NCBI GenBank assembly: GCA_963677495.2
Contig: CAXXOU010000003.1
Span: forward strand, 1 to 64,000
Length of the DNA: 64,000 nt
DNA from: Candidatus Cloacimonadales bacterium
GTDB lineage: Bacteria > Cloacimonadota > Cloacimonadia > Cloacimonadales > JAFGVF01
Reading direction: 5' to 3'
Below the pieces are notes generated by a model. That model searched no databases, had not been told where the DNA came from, and worked only from the letters and a program-made list of their open reading frames with translations. Both the position numbers and the translations under genes were made by a program. The first letter of the stretch is position 1; each line of letters starts with the position of its first letter. Shown in pieces: positions 46,210 to 57,900 of the stretch.

Positions 46210-48069
46210 TTACTCTTCTCTTCTAGCCAGTCTTTCTTCAAGTATCTGTATCTTTTCTCGCAATTCTTTCATCCTGAACTCTCTGCCAATAAACAAGTTA
46301 TTAAATCGTTTAAGCTCCTCATTCTTAACTTCCAGTTCGTTTGTACGCTGCTTAACAATATCCTCGAGTTTCATACTGTGCTCTTCAAGCTGCTTCTCAA
46401 TTTTCTTCATATCTGTTAGGTCAACAGCTTGAACTATCGCATTTATAACCTTTTTATTACTGTTCAGCACAGGTGTTATAACTGTTTTAACTGTTACATG
46501 CTTGCCATTTAGTGGTGCAATATGAGATACTTGCTTGAAATCGTAATCGATAATGAACTCTACGGTTTCACCATCATTGAATACCTTCTCAATTAAAGGC
46601 ATATGGCCTGATTCTTTGATTATATTGTCTTTGAAAAGATTATATTTGCCGACAACCTCTTCTCCATTAGTGCCAAAAAGCGACTTACTGGCAGGATTTA
46701 ACGAAACTAGTGTACCATTAGAATCTGAAATCCACATGCTGACGCTAGCTGATTCAATAATTGTGTTCAAGAATGTAGTTTTTTCTTTAAGGTCCCGCTC
46801 AATCTCTTTTTGATGAGTAATGTCTCTAACTATATGCACTATCCCATTTAACTGGTTATCATTGCTTAAAACAGGAGTAACAATAACCTCAAGCCATTTA
46901 CCATTAGTGTTGATTACCATAACCTCTTTATGAAAAGATTTAAACAAGCGTTTTGATGGGCAGTCAGGTAGTCTATAATCAGTTTTGTGAAAAATTTCAT
47001 TACATTTCTTATTCAGGATGTCCTCTGCCTGACAATTGAGCATGCTTAGGGTAGCTTTATTGTATTGAATAATCCTTGAGTCAGTGTTTAATAAGCATAT
47101 AGAGTCCGTGATTGAGTCAAAAGTTGAGTGCCATTTATTAATAACATCATGAAGCTCTTTTTCACGTATAATCACCTGATTATACTGATAATTCAATTCT
47201 TTAGTCTTTAACTGTATCTGTTTCTTTAAGAGGAAATATATGAGTAAGGATATAACTGCAAGAGTGAAGATTGAGATGCTTAAAAATTTAATCCACCTTG
47301 TTAACCTCTTTGATCTTCTATGTGCTCCCAGATGATGCCTTTTTGATGTATGATAGATTGAGTTTTCATTAGTCTTCATCTTAGACAACCAGGAGTCTAT
47401 TTTACCAATTAAAAACTCTCCTTTTGGACTTCTCTTGACAGCAGCATAGGAAAGCTTATATGGCTTTAGTTGTATTGGAGCAGCAATGAGCCCATACTCA
47501 TCAGCGTGACTATTACCATAATCTTTATTGGTTATTACAGCATCAACTTCATTATTTTCGATAGCAACAAAAGATTGTTTATATGTATCAAATTCCTTTA
47601 CATTTATCTTAATGTCTAGCCTTTTAGTTATGTCAACAAGCCCATTATCTCCAACAAGATTTAGACTCCCACGCATTCCGGCAATTGTAAGCCCCTCTAA
47701 GTCATACAGCGAGTTAAGGGGTTTATCTTTCTTTGTATAGACTTGAAACCAACTTAGAATTACATGTTCTGAAAAAGTGAAAGTTTTGACACGCTCAGTA
47801 GTAATACCGACATCTAAAAAAAGGTCTATTTCCCCCTTTTTAAGGTTCTCCATATGCTCATCAAAAGAGTCAAATACATATTCAACATCCCAGCCTTCCT
47901 GCAACGAAATAAAATCAGTAATCTCTGCCCATACTCCCTTCGGAGTGCCATCTTTACCCATGAAAATCTTGGGTGGATTATCGTAGATTCCTATTCTGAC
48001 AACCTCTTCGCAAAATATTAACCCTGAAAGCACAAGTAATAAAGAAATGGTAAGTATTCTAAGCTTCAT
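46210..48069 (-). CDS. Periplasmic SBP (family 3) + TM + 2 PAS sensor with no output domain
   Basis: RIGIYDNPP, TTERVK.F.FS, TM, two PAS/PAC domains; ends in coiled coil FNNLFIGREFRMKEL. Confidence 0.85.
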   Translation of the reverse strand: MKLRILTISLLLVLSGLIFCEEVVRIGIYDNPPKIFMGKDGTPKGVWAEITDFISLQEGWDVEYVFDSFDEHMENLKKGEIDLFLDVGITTERVKTFTFSEHVILSWFQVYTKKDKPLNSLYDLEGLTIAGMRGSLNLVGDNGLVDITKRLDIKINVKEFDTYKQSFVAIENNEVDAVITNKDYGNSHADEYGLIAAPIQLKPYKLSYAAVKRSPKGEFLIGKIDSWLSKMKTNENSIYHTSKRHHLGAHRRSKRLTRWIKFLSISIFTLAVISLLIYFLLKKQIQLKTKELNYQYNQVIIREKELHDVINKWHSTFDSITDSICLLNTDSRIIQYNKATLSMLNCQAEDILNKKCNEIFHKTDYRLPDCPSKRLFKSFHKEVMVINTNGKWLEVIVTPVLSNDNQLNGIVHIVRDITHQKEIERDLKEKTTFLNTIIESASVSMWISDSNGTLVSLNPASKSLFGTNGEEVVGKYNLFKDNIIKESGHMPLIEKVFNDGETVEFIIDYDFKQVSHIAPLNGKHVTVKTVITPVLNSNKKVINAIVQAVDLTDMKKIEKQLEEHSMKLEDIVKQRTNELEVKNEELKRFNNLFIGREFRMKELREKIQILEERLARREE

Positions 48070-48455
48070 ATTATACTCACTTTGTTATGAAAAGTTAACA
48101 AATTACAGACACTTAACTATAAATATAAGGTTGAGTTATACTTGTCAATATTTTTATTATTAGCTGTTTTCTCAAGACTTTTCCCTCTATGCTCTATCAT
48201 AATTCTTGAGAGTCTCTTGGGCAATCCTAGGGCAAAACTTCATAATCACAAGTTGTAATACTCAAGAGAGTGATAAGCTTTTCATCAGCAAATCCAGTAG
48301 ATTTAATAACAATTATGAGAGGGCAATAAGGCGGAAATTAGGAAGCTAAATATCATTCTAGAAAAGTTAGAATAAACGAGATTGATTAGAAAATCATTGC
48401 CAAATAACAGAGACATTCAATTATTTGAATAAATTCAAATCTCGAAGGAGGCAAT

Positions 48456-49784
48456 ATGAATCCTCAGATGAAAACCTCTGTTAAGAGCATCATTCAGGAA
48501 TACCCAAACTTGAAGTTATCCATCGATTATGAAGAGTGGCAAACCGATTTTCTCAGGTTTTATAATAGCCAGGTAAACTATAATATATCAAAGCAATCTG
48601 TTTCTGTCGGTATCTCCGTATATGATGGTAAAAAATCATATTCATTCGGTATTACGGAACCAACTGAGTCTAAAATTAGAACCGGTATTGATAATGCCAT
48701 CCTCAAAGTAAAGGATTTACCGGAAGACCCTGATTTTGTTGATCTTGAGGACAATACAGAGATCGTAGAACCCAAAAATATTCCAAATAACATTGAGCTT
48801 CTCTCTCTAGAAAAGAAGATTGCAATCCTCGAAAAGATTGCAAAGATGGCTGAATCACATGGTTTTGGAATCTATGGCACATTCATCTGTAATGCTGTAT
48901 ACTATAATACACAGAACAGTAATGGTGTTGATAAAGAGGACTTCGGTTCTCCAATCATGCTTGAACTTAAAGCTGTGAAACATGATACGCAGGTTACAGT
49001 TTTAGAAACATTCGGTAGTGAGAACATGGAGCATTTCGATATTGATGGCTTCATTTCAAGACTTGAGCAGAAGATTATCTCTGCTAAACTTCCGGTAGAA
49101 GATGTAGAACCCGGATATTATGAAGTTGTACTTGCTCCCAGATGTATTGGTGAATTCTTATTCTACTTCCAAGGTTCAATGTCAGCTAACTCCTATGACA
49201 CTAAATCAAGCTTCTTCTTAGGTCAGGAAGATGAACAGTTGTTCCCAACAACTATCAATGTTTCAGACCAACCTAACCACCCTTACTTGATACATAAGAG
49301 TTATTATAGCGGTTATCCTGCAAATGATTTAGAGTTAATCAAAGAAGGTAAGTTTGCTAACTGGATGTGTTCAAACTATTATCATCATAAAACCGGATTA
49401 CCTAAGAATGGTAACCAGGGCAGATGTCTGGTGATGGAAACCGGTGATAAGACTGTTGATGAGATGATAAAAGGCGTTAAGAAAGGCATCTATATCTCAA
49501 GTCTGCACTATATGAACTTCATAAACTCACGAGAGACTTCACTTACTGGTCTCACTCGTGACGGTACATTCCTTATCGAAGATGGTAAGATTACAAAGGT
49601 ATTGAATAATCTTCGTTTTACAGAGAAGATTTCTAACGTCTTGAAATATACTACAGAGATTGAGAACCAATCCTACACAGTTCCATGGTCAAACAACTAT
49701 GGTACATTTGGGATAAACTCCAGTCGCACACCTCATGTGAAGGTGTCTAAGTTCCAGATCTCATCATCAACACACACAATATAG
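48456..49784 (+). CDS. TldE/PmbA family protein
   Basis: PGYYEVVLAP, TGLTRDGTFLIEDGKI..V.NLRF; no HExxxH motif. Confidence 0.88.
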   Translation: MNPQMKTSVKSIIQEYPNLKLSIDYEEWQTDFLRFYNSQVNYNISKQSVSVGISVYDGKKSYSFGITEPTESKIRTGIDNAILKVKDLPEDPDFVDLEDNTEIVEPKNIPNNIELLSLEKKIAILEKIAKMAESHGFGIYGTFICNAVYYNTQNSNGVDKEDFGSPIMLELKAVKHDTQVTVLETFGSENMEHFDIDGFISRLEQKIISAKLPVEDVEPGYYEVVLAPRCIGEFLFYFQGSMSANSYDTKSSFFLGQEDEQLFPTTINVSDQPNHPYLIHKSYYSGYPANDLELIKEGKFANWMCSNYYHHKTGLPKNGNQGRCLVMETGDKTVDEMIKGVKKGIYISSLHYMNFINSRETSLTGLTRDGTFLIEDGKITKVLNNLRFTEKISNVLKYTTEIENQSYTVPWSNNYGTFGINSSRTPHVKVSKFQISSSTHTI

Positions 49785-49793
49785 GGAGGTAAC

Positions 49794-51233
49794 ATGAAGA
49801 AATTAGTATATGATATTATCCGAAAACTGGACCTTCCTGAAGTGACTTTTGCTGATGTTCGCTTTACATCTACAGACAATAAAGGTATCTTCTTCCAACG
49901 TGGTAAACTCAAAGGTTACAGTGCTAATCTAGATGCTACTGCTCTTGGTATAAGAGTGCTTGTTGATGGTTGCTGGGGTTTTGCTGGTACAGACATTATT
50001 GATCCTACTAAAATCGATAACCTTATCAAGATTGCCATCAATAATGCTAAGCACGGCAGTAAGTTCAGGAAGTTCCCAGTTAAGTTTGAGAAGATAGCTC
50101 CTACAGTTGGCAGCTATTATTTTACACCTGAAATCGACCCATTCATGATGAGTGATGAGGAGTTTACCGGTTACTTTGAAAAGCTTTCTAAGATGCTTGT
50201 TGGCAATGAGAAGATTGTAAACTCATACGTGATGGGTAGTTTCTATCGTCAGTATAAAATCTATGCTAACACAGAAGGTACTTTCACGGATACTCTTGTT
50301 TACGATACAAATCCAATGATGATGGTCTTTGCCAGTGATGGTAAAAGTATGCAGACAAGAACCTATCCCGGTCATATGAATGGTCGTAGAGGTGGCTTTG
50401 AAGTTGTGAAAGGATATGAGTTTGAAAAGAATACTGAAAAGATAATCAAAGAAGCAATAGATCTTCTTGATGCTCCACGTATCGAAGAGGAAAAAGCTGA
50501 TATCATTATCGGTGGTGGACACTTAGCTCTTCAATTACATGAATCAGTTGGACATGCAACAGAAGCTGATAGAATCTTCGGTATGGAAATTTCTTATGCT
50601 GGTAAAACCTTTATTAAACCGGAGATGCTTGGCAACTTCAAGTATGGCTCTGATATCGTTAATATCTACTCTGATAGTACAGACCCAAGAGGCATGGGCT
50701 ACCATCTCGTGGATGATGAAGGTGTACCGGGTCGTACTGTTGATATTATCAAAGATGGTATCTTGTTAGATCAGCAGACTTCAAGAGAGATTGCTCCACA
50801 ACTTGGTGTGCAAGCCAGCTCTAACATGCTTTCATCTTATGCAGATGATTTTCCACTTATCAGAATGACAAACTTCTGTCTCGCCCCTGGACATGGTTCT
50901 CTTGATCAACTCATAAAAGAGACTGAAAAGGGTTACTTCATAGATTATACAAAGACTTGGTCTATTGATGATAATCGTAATAATTTCCAGTTTACTACTG
51001 AAATAGGTTATAAGATTGTCGATGGTGAGATTGTAGGAATCGTTAAAGAACCTACATACTTCGGTATTACTCCTGAATTCTGGGCTGCATGTGATAGAAT
51101 CTGCGGACCTGAAGAGTGGTTACATTTCGGCACATTCAATTGTGGTAAAGGTGAACCGGGACAGTCAATGCATCTGTCTCATGGTGTTGCACCTGCTCGA
51201 TTCAAAGATATTGTTGTTAACGTGAAAGCATAA
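49794..51233 (+). CDS. tldD: TldD metalloprotease
   Basis: HESVGHATEADR, DDEG, RMTN, CGKGEPGQ. Confidence 0.92.
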   Translation: MKKLVYDIIRKLDLPEVTFADVRFTSTDNKGIFFQRGKLKGYSANLDATALGIRVLVDGCWGFAGTDIIDPTKIDNLIKIAINNAKHGSKFRKFPVKFEKIAPTVGSYYFTPEIDPFMMSDEEFTGYFEKLSKMLVGNEKIVNSYVMGSFYRQYKIYANTEGTFTDTLVYDTNPMMMVFASDGKSMQTRTYPGHMNGRRGGFEVVKGYEFEKNTEKIIKEAIDLLDAPRIEEEKADIIIGGGHLALQLHESVGHATEADRIFGMEISYAGKTFIKPEMLGNFKYGSDIVNIYSDSTDPRGMGYHLVDDEGVPGRTVDIIKDGILLDQQTSREIAPQLGVQASSNMLSSYADDFPLIRMTNFCLAPGHGSLDQLIKETEKGYFIDYTKTWSIDDNRNNFQFTTEIGYKIVDGEIVGIVKEPTYFGITPEFWAACDRICGPEEWLHFGTFNCGKGEPGQSMHLSHGVAPARFKDIVVNVKA

Positions 51234-51253
51234 CAAACTAATAAATCTATTAT

Positions 51254-51279
51254 GGGGTATAGCTTGCTATGCCCCTTTT
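51254..51279 (+). terminator. Rho-independent terminator
   Basis: GGGGTATAG-CTTG-CTATGCCCC followed by TTTT. Confidence 0.8.
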
Positions 51280-51641
51280 GTTATCGCTCAAGGTGACATA
51301 TCCTTTTTATTGAGTTAGTCACGACCAACGGGAAAACGGAATTCCTAAAAAGACCTAATCCTCGTACCAAGCTCGAGCCAATACACTGAAAGGAGTTCGG
51401 CTCCAAGCGAAAGATGGCAATATAACGTTTTTAAATATGATTACAGTAAACCTGCTGAAGTTCACTTGGCGTCGAAGTCGCAAGCTAAAGCATCAGACAA
51501 ACTCCATAAAACAGAATCCCTCCAAATCTGCCAATCTACCCTTCTATCACAATTAACAGGTCACTATTACCAATTTTAAACAGCATTGTATGTGCACTAT
51601 AATTGCCCCCGACCAAGAAAATGCTTCACCTGCAACCTTAG

Positions 51642-51723
51642 TTATGCACACGATGTGGATAACTAAGGCCTTCGCCAAGGAGGGTCCTTGGTGGGTCCTA
51701 AGTGGCTCCAATGTGGTTCCATG
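51642..51723. repeat. Second copy of the inverted DnaA-box pair plus 11-bp-phased array
   Basis: TTATGCACA-cga-TGTGGATAA (51642-51662), then ccaaggagggt/ccttggtgggt/cctaagtggct/ccaatgtggtt/ccatg from 51675. Confidence 0.75.
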
Positions 51724-51743
51724 TTTTTAATTGGGGGCTAATC

Positions 51744-51815
51744 ATGTTCATCAACGCAATGTTCATCAACGCATGGTGTCGACTGGATGTGTCGACTGGA
51801 TGTCGATGGATGTTA
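51744..51815. repeat. Adjacent short tandem duplications
   Basis: ATGTTCATCAACGCA x2 (51744-51773) and GTGTCGACTGGAT x2 (51776-51801), plus partial copies. Confidence 0.8.
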
Positions 51816-51888
51816 ACTCAAACTCAGTAATCTTAAACAAACTATTGAGGAAATAGGTAATATGATATTACTCAGTTAAAGCCAAGAT

Positions 51889-51915
51889 AAAAGCCCCTCC
51901 GAAAGGAAGGGCTTT
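51889..51915. terminator. Terminator of the large surface-protein gene
   Basis: AAAGCCCCTCC-GAAA-GGAAGGGCTTT. Confidence 0.7.
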
Positions 51916-51957
51916 AAGCTTGAACGACTTACAAAATCGTTATGTTTTGAATTATTA

Positions 51958-54900
51958 TTATCGAGTCGATTTCATGAATAGGGTAGACCCAGAGCTTTGT
52001 ACTGCTCTTCCACCAACTACAGCCACAACTCTGTAGAACTTATGTGCAACACTTCCTCCACCGGCATGAGTGAAATCACTTGTTGGTGTTGTTCCAATCA
52101 AAGTTGAAACACTTACTGTGAAGTATGGATTGTTATCAGCATATACTTTGTAAGATGTTACAGTGATAGGATTACCGTTAACATCAAGTACTACATCATC
52201 CCAATCAAGCAAAATGTCACCATTACTTTCTGTGACAGATGTGATAACAGGAGCAACAGGTGCAGCACCTCCGGCCATAAGAGCGGATATTTCAGGATAC
52301 AATGCAGTTGTATTACCTGCTAAATCAACAGCTCGAACTGTGAAGAAATACTGAGTTCCAGGAGTCAAACCTGTTAGTATAGTCTGCTGGAATGTCACAC
52401 CTATCTGACCCATATTAGGATCATCATCAACACTCCAGAGAGCATCATTCTCTGAGACACCTGTAGATGTAGAATAATACAACTCATAATGACTGAAGTA
52501 ATCATCAGCTGTGATTAACCAACCTAGGGTTATCTCTGTGTCAGCAGGGACTCCAACAACTGCGAATACAGTAATATCAGTAGGAGGAGTTGTATCGTAG
52601 ATAAAGTCAAATGACCAATCATCACTGATACCAATCTCATCCATAGTTCCTGAATAACCGTAGCCCATACTGTTCATGACTCTTATCTCATATTGATAAG
52701 TGCCACTATCAGTTGGGTAAACAGGTATTGAGATTTCAACACTGTCAGATCTTGTTGTTCTTACGTTACTTCTTGCAAGAGAAAGCTCTGGTTCAATATA
52801 GTTTACCCATGGTTCATTGTAGCTACCGTTTCTGTCGTAATCTACTCTGATTTGTACTGAGTTTAGGTTTATTGCTTCCTCATCAGTAATCTTACATGTT
52901 ACAACAGCTTCTTGCAGATTATTGTACTGAATCTCAGCAGGTGTAAGGTTCGTGATTTCAGGAGTAGGTGGTATAAATACAAAGTAATCAGCAACAGGGG
53001 TTGCATATACATCATAATCAACATGCATTCTGAAATACCATGTTGTTTCAGGATAAAGAGCAGTGATATTTATCTGAGTTGTTGTATCATTTAAGAATGA
53101 AGATTCTGTTGTTCCATCGATGATGATTGAACCGGTATATTGGTCATTATCAGCATATTCAAGCACAAATTGGTCGAATCTATCACCAGTAAACTCATCC
53201 CAACTAAGAATAAGCTCAGTAGGACTAATCAGCTCGGAAGTTATACCTGCAACTGCCGGCATAAAGATATGCTCAATAGCCCAGTCATCAATAATGCCTT
53301 CGTCACCATTTGTTCCTGAATAACTGTAACCGTGACCATAACTGTCCATAGCTCTGAACTCGAATTTGAAGATTCCACTACTTGGTAGTGTAAGGGCAAC
53401 ATCAATAGATTGTGTATCTCTTGAGTCTAATGCTGAACGGATAGGAAGTGTATAGTCTTCCCAAGACTCATCGTATACATCATTCAGGTTATAATCAACT
53501 CTATACTGGATTGAGTTCATATCGATATCTTCTAAATCATCCATAGTCACAGAGATTGTAGCTTGATGATTATCATTCACGACAGGGTCGGTAGTAGTGT
53601 TATTTGTAAACACCGGACCGGTTGAGAGGTACTGAGTTACATAGTCAGTAAACTCACCTTGATAGCTTTCGAAGACGATTCTTGCCCTGAAGTACCACAT
53701 TGCATTTGATGCAGGTACATTAACTTCTACTGATGTAGTGGTTTGCACACCTAAATCAGCATAATCAGCGGAGGTTAAGCTAACAGCATTAGTGAAGTAC
53801 TCATTGTCAGCCATTTCAACCTCAAATGTTGAGAACTGTTCGCTTGCATATTCATCCCAACCAAGTAGAACTGAGTTTGTACTTGCTGGAGCAACTGTAA
53901 GGTTTTGCAAAGAAGGTAGTGTGATATCATCGACAATACCATTAATGGAGAAGTTATCAATTATCCAATGATTATCACTTAATTCAGATGCTGAATATAG
54001 GAATCGGAATTGGACGTTGCCTTGATAATTTAGAGCATCAAGTGCAAATGATTCGAAACCTGTAGCAGTTACTAAATAAGATGATACATCTGTCCAGGTT
54101 CCACCATCAATAGAGTATTGGAAATTTGCTGTAGTGGTTCCAGAAGTTGTTAGGAAATCATGTTCGAAACCAATTTCTATATCTCTAACACTGCTTAAAT
54201 CATAAAGAGGAGTTAACAATCTTTCATTACAAGATGCGAACAATGAGTTAGATACATTTACAGTATAATTAGTTTCAGCAACTAAAGTTGCAGTCCATGG
54301 ATTAGTAGTAGTTCCCAAATGTTCAGTTGTCCAACCTGTTGGTAAAGCACCAGACTGATCAAAGTCTTCACTAATAAGGTAATCATCAAGAACTTCCACA
54401 TAGAAGGAATCAACGCCAACCGCATTACCACTATCCTGACCATAGAAATAGAGCATTTCGCCACCATCAAAATCAACAACAGGTGTGATCTGAGCTGTGT
54501 TATCAGGATTAAGTGTAATGTTGAAGTTTGGTGTAGTACCAAAACTAAGAGATAAAGATGTATCCTCGACATCTGTGAATACAGTATCAAGGTCGATTAG
54601 GTTGATAGATTCATCTGATGTAATTACTTCAGAAGCTATTGGATTAACAACTGTTGGAACATCATTTACCGATAATACTCTTACAGTGAGTTCTGAAATC
54701 CATGTACCATCAGCATCGTAGATATCAAGAACTTCTGTTCCATACCAGTTCTCAGTTGCTGAGAATGTGATGTCCTCATTTGCAAGTAACACACTAACTT
54801 CTGTATTGCCTGTCCAGGATGCTACAGCTTGCTCTTTGAAGCTATTTACAACAGTTAATGTTGTATCTTCGTTAAACTGGACTGCCGGTTCCATCTGTAT

Positions 54901-57900
54901 GCGAATATTTGGAACAAATGAAGTTCGGTTACCATTTGGAGGATTTGAAGGGGATGGGTTACTGCTATCACTATAGTAGAAGATTGATCTGTAACCTGCA
55001 GTAGCTGATGCAAGGAACCTATCACTACTGCTATTATAACCACCACCATTTTCATCAATAGCAATCACTAAGTTATCAACATTGTTATAATTGAATGGAG
55101 AATCTAACTCGAACTCTATCCAACCCGGGTTAGCCGGTGTTGTTGAGTATGGAGATATATCGACTTGAGTCAACTGTGAAAGCGGAATCCAGTCATTATT
55201 GGATGAGAACTCAGTTAGTGATGTATGCCCCATATAGATAGTCCAGTTCATGCTGTTAGAAAGACTTGAGCCACCGTTATAATAGTAGTAAATCTTATCA
55301 ATCTGGAAATTCTCTTTGTCAAGTTCAGATTGAAGATATATTGACTGAGTATAGTTATATCCGTAATAGCAGTTTATTGGCAAATAGGTACCGATATTAT
55401 CATCTTCTCCAATATTTACAAAGCCTGCATCACGAGTATCAAACTCCCAAATTGGACAGCTTGTTGCATCACCAAAACTGTTATATGGAACAACCTGCCA
55501 ATAATATGTAGTATCATAATCAAGTTCTTGACTAATAGTATACGATTCTACATAACCTAAAGCCAAGCCATTGATATGATTTGTAGGAGGATTATCAGTT
55601 CCAACATATAGTTTGGAACCTGTTGGGAACAGTCCGTTATAACTCCATTGGAGATTAGGATTCCGAATAACATGTCCTTCCTGGTTGTCAGGAGCAATAT
55701 ATGTAGCTGCTTCAGGTGGTAAATCTGAAGTTGAGAATGACCAGACAGGAATATTCTGTCCATCACCTGTATTATAATATGGTGTAACTGACCAATAATA
55801 TGTAACTCCACCTTGATAACCATTGTAGCTATACTCTAGTACGTTTCCTAAGTCCAAATCCTGATAGATATTTGTTGGAGGGTTATCAGTACCTAAACTA
55901 AGTCTATATCCATTAGCATTGTTTGTACTACTCCACTCCAGTAACTGAGTTAACGACCTCATAGTTTCCCCATCCAATGGTGCTACTAAAGTAGTTGGAA
56001 CCAATGGTAAATCTTGCAGATGGAATCTTGTATTTGGAATATATGAAACTCTGTTACCACTTGGTGGAGAAGCAGGAGATGGATTTAGAGTGTCACTATA
56101 GTAGTGTATACTCCTATTACTTCCAACAGAAGAACAATAGAAATCTTCACTACTTGAACTATAACCTCCAGAGTTCTCTTCTACTGCTACAACTAAGTTA
56201 TCCACATTATTGTATAAGAAAGGAGTGGTTAAAGTAATCTCTACCCAGTTATCTGAACCTATAACAGGATCACCACTAAAAACTTGGATTAAAGAACTAA
56301 CATCAATCCAATCAGATGAAGATGCATACTCTGTTTGCTGTGTATGCCCGATATATACGACCCAAGCATGATTGTTAGATAAGGTACCATTACCATTATG
56401 TTGATAATATATTTTATCTATTATCTTGTCATTCACATCTAATTCTGATTGATTGTAGATTGTTTGTGAGTATGAATATGCATAATATGGCTCAATTGGT
56501 AGATTTCTATTAACTGAATTTCCTGTTCCAATACCTATCCAATCATCACCAAGATTAGACTGAAAACTAAAATCACTTGTAGAGTAACCTGTTGTAAATC
56601 TATTCTTACAAACTACTCTCCAATAGTAATACGTTTCCTCTGTTAATGTTGGTGGAGACCACTGTCCACTTACCCCCGCAGGTTCATTAAACAGTACTTG
56701 GTTTACTGGTGGGAAGACTGTATCAAAGTAAAAGTCATATGTATCAGTGTTGACACCGAAATCCCAAGAAATAGTAGGATTCAGGTCAACATAGATTGCC
56801 TGGTATTCCGGAGATACATTGCTGATTGCAGATGGCAACATACCTGATGTTGTGAAACTATATGTGGATTGTGTTTCAACTTGAGCATTACTATTTTTCG
56901 ATACAACAGTCCAATAATAATCTGTGTATATTGTTAAGTCACCTGGATCATATGAACCAGAGACTCCAGCTACTGCGTCTGAAACAACTAAAGTGGTTGG
57001 AGGATTAACTGTATCAAAATAGAGATCATATGTTTCTGTATTTATACCGAAATCCCAGCTTAAATCAACTTCACAATCAATATCATTTCCCGTATTTAAC
57101 GGTGATTCATTACTTATTACTCCAGGTGTCATATCTATAGTTGTAAAAGAAAACTCATTTGTAGTTTCTGTTGATGTGTTCGAATTTCTAAGTACAACTT
57201 TCCAATAATACGTAGTATTATCAGTTAGAATACCAGGATCATATGTAGCACTTACTCCCGCTACAGCATTATCAGTAACCATACTTACCGGAGGATTGAC
57301 AGTATCAAAATACAAATCATAATTCTCAGTATTGATGCCAAAATCAAAATTCAAAGTAGTATCAAGTGGAAGATTACTACTAGCATCAATAGGTGTGTAA
57401 GAGACAAGTGATTCAGGAGTATAATCTATAGTCGTGAAAGAATAGTTATCTTCTGAATCTCCACCACCTGCATCATAGCTAAATATTTGTAAAAAATATG
57501 TAGTCCCATCCATAAGTGTTCCCGGAGTGAAACTTCCCTGACCTGAAACAGATCCACCAACTACATGCTCAACAGTTGGAGGATTATCTGTACCGAATAA
57601 AAGATCATATGTAACAGTATCAGGTGCGAAATCCCAAGTAATAGTTGGACTCAGCTCTACATCTACTGCACCGTCTGTTGGTAACATATTTGTTACATTA
57701 CCGGGTCCTGAAATACTTCCTGATTGGTCAGCTGATACATTGATGACATAAACACCATTGTTTGAGCTATAACCTTCAACACAAATATAATATATGCTCC
57801 CCTGATTTAATGGAATATTATATATTCTTGAATCGTTACCGGTTCCACCATCATCATCTGCCCAAAGTTGTGTCATTGTTGAATCATAGACTCTAAGGTA

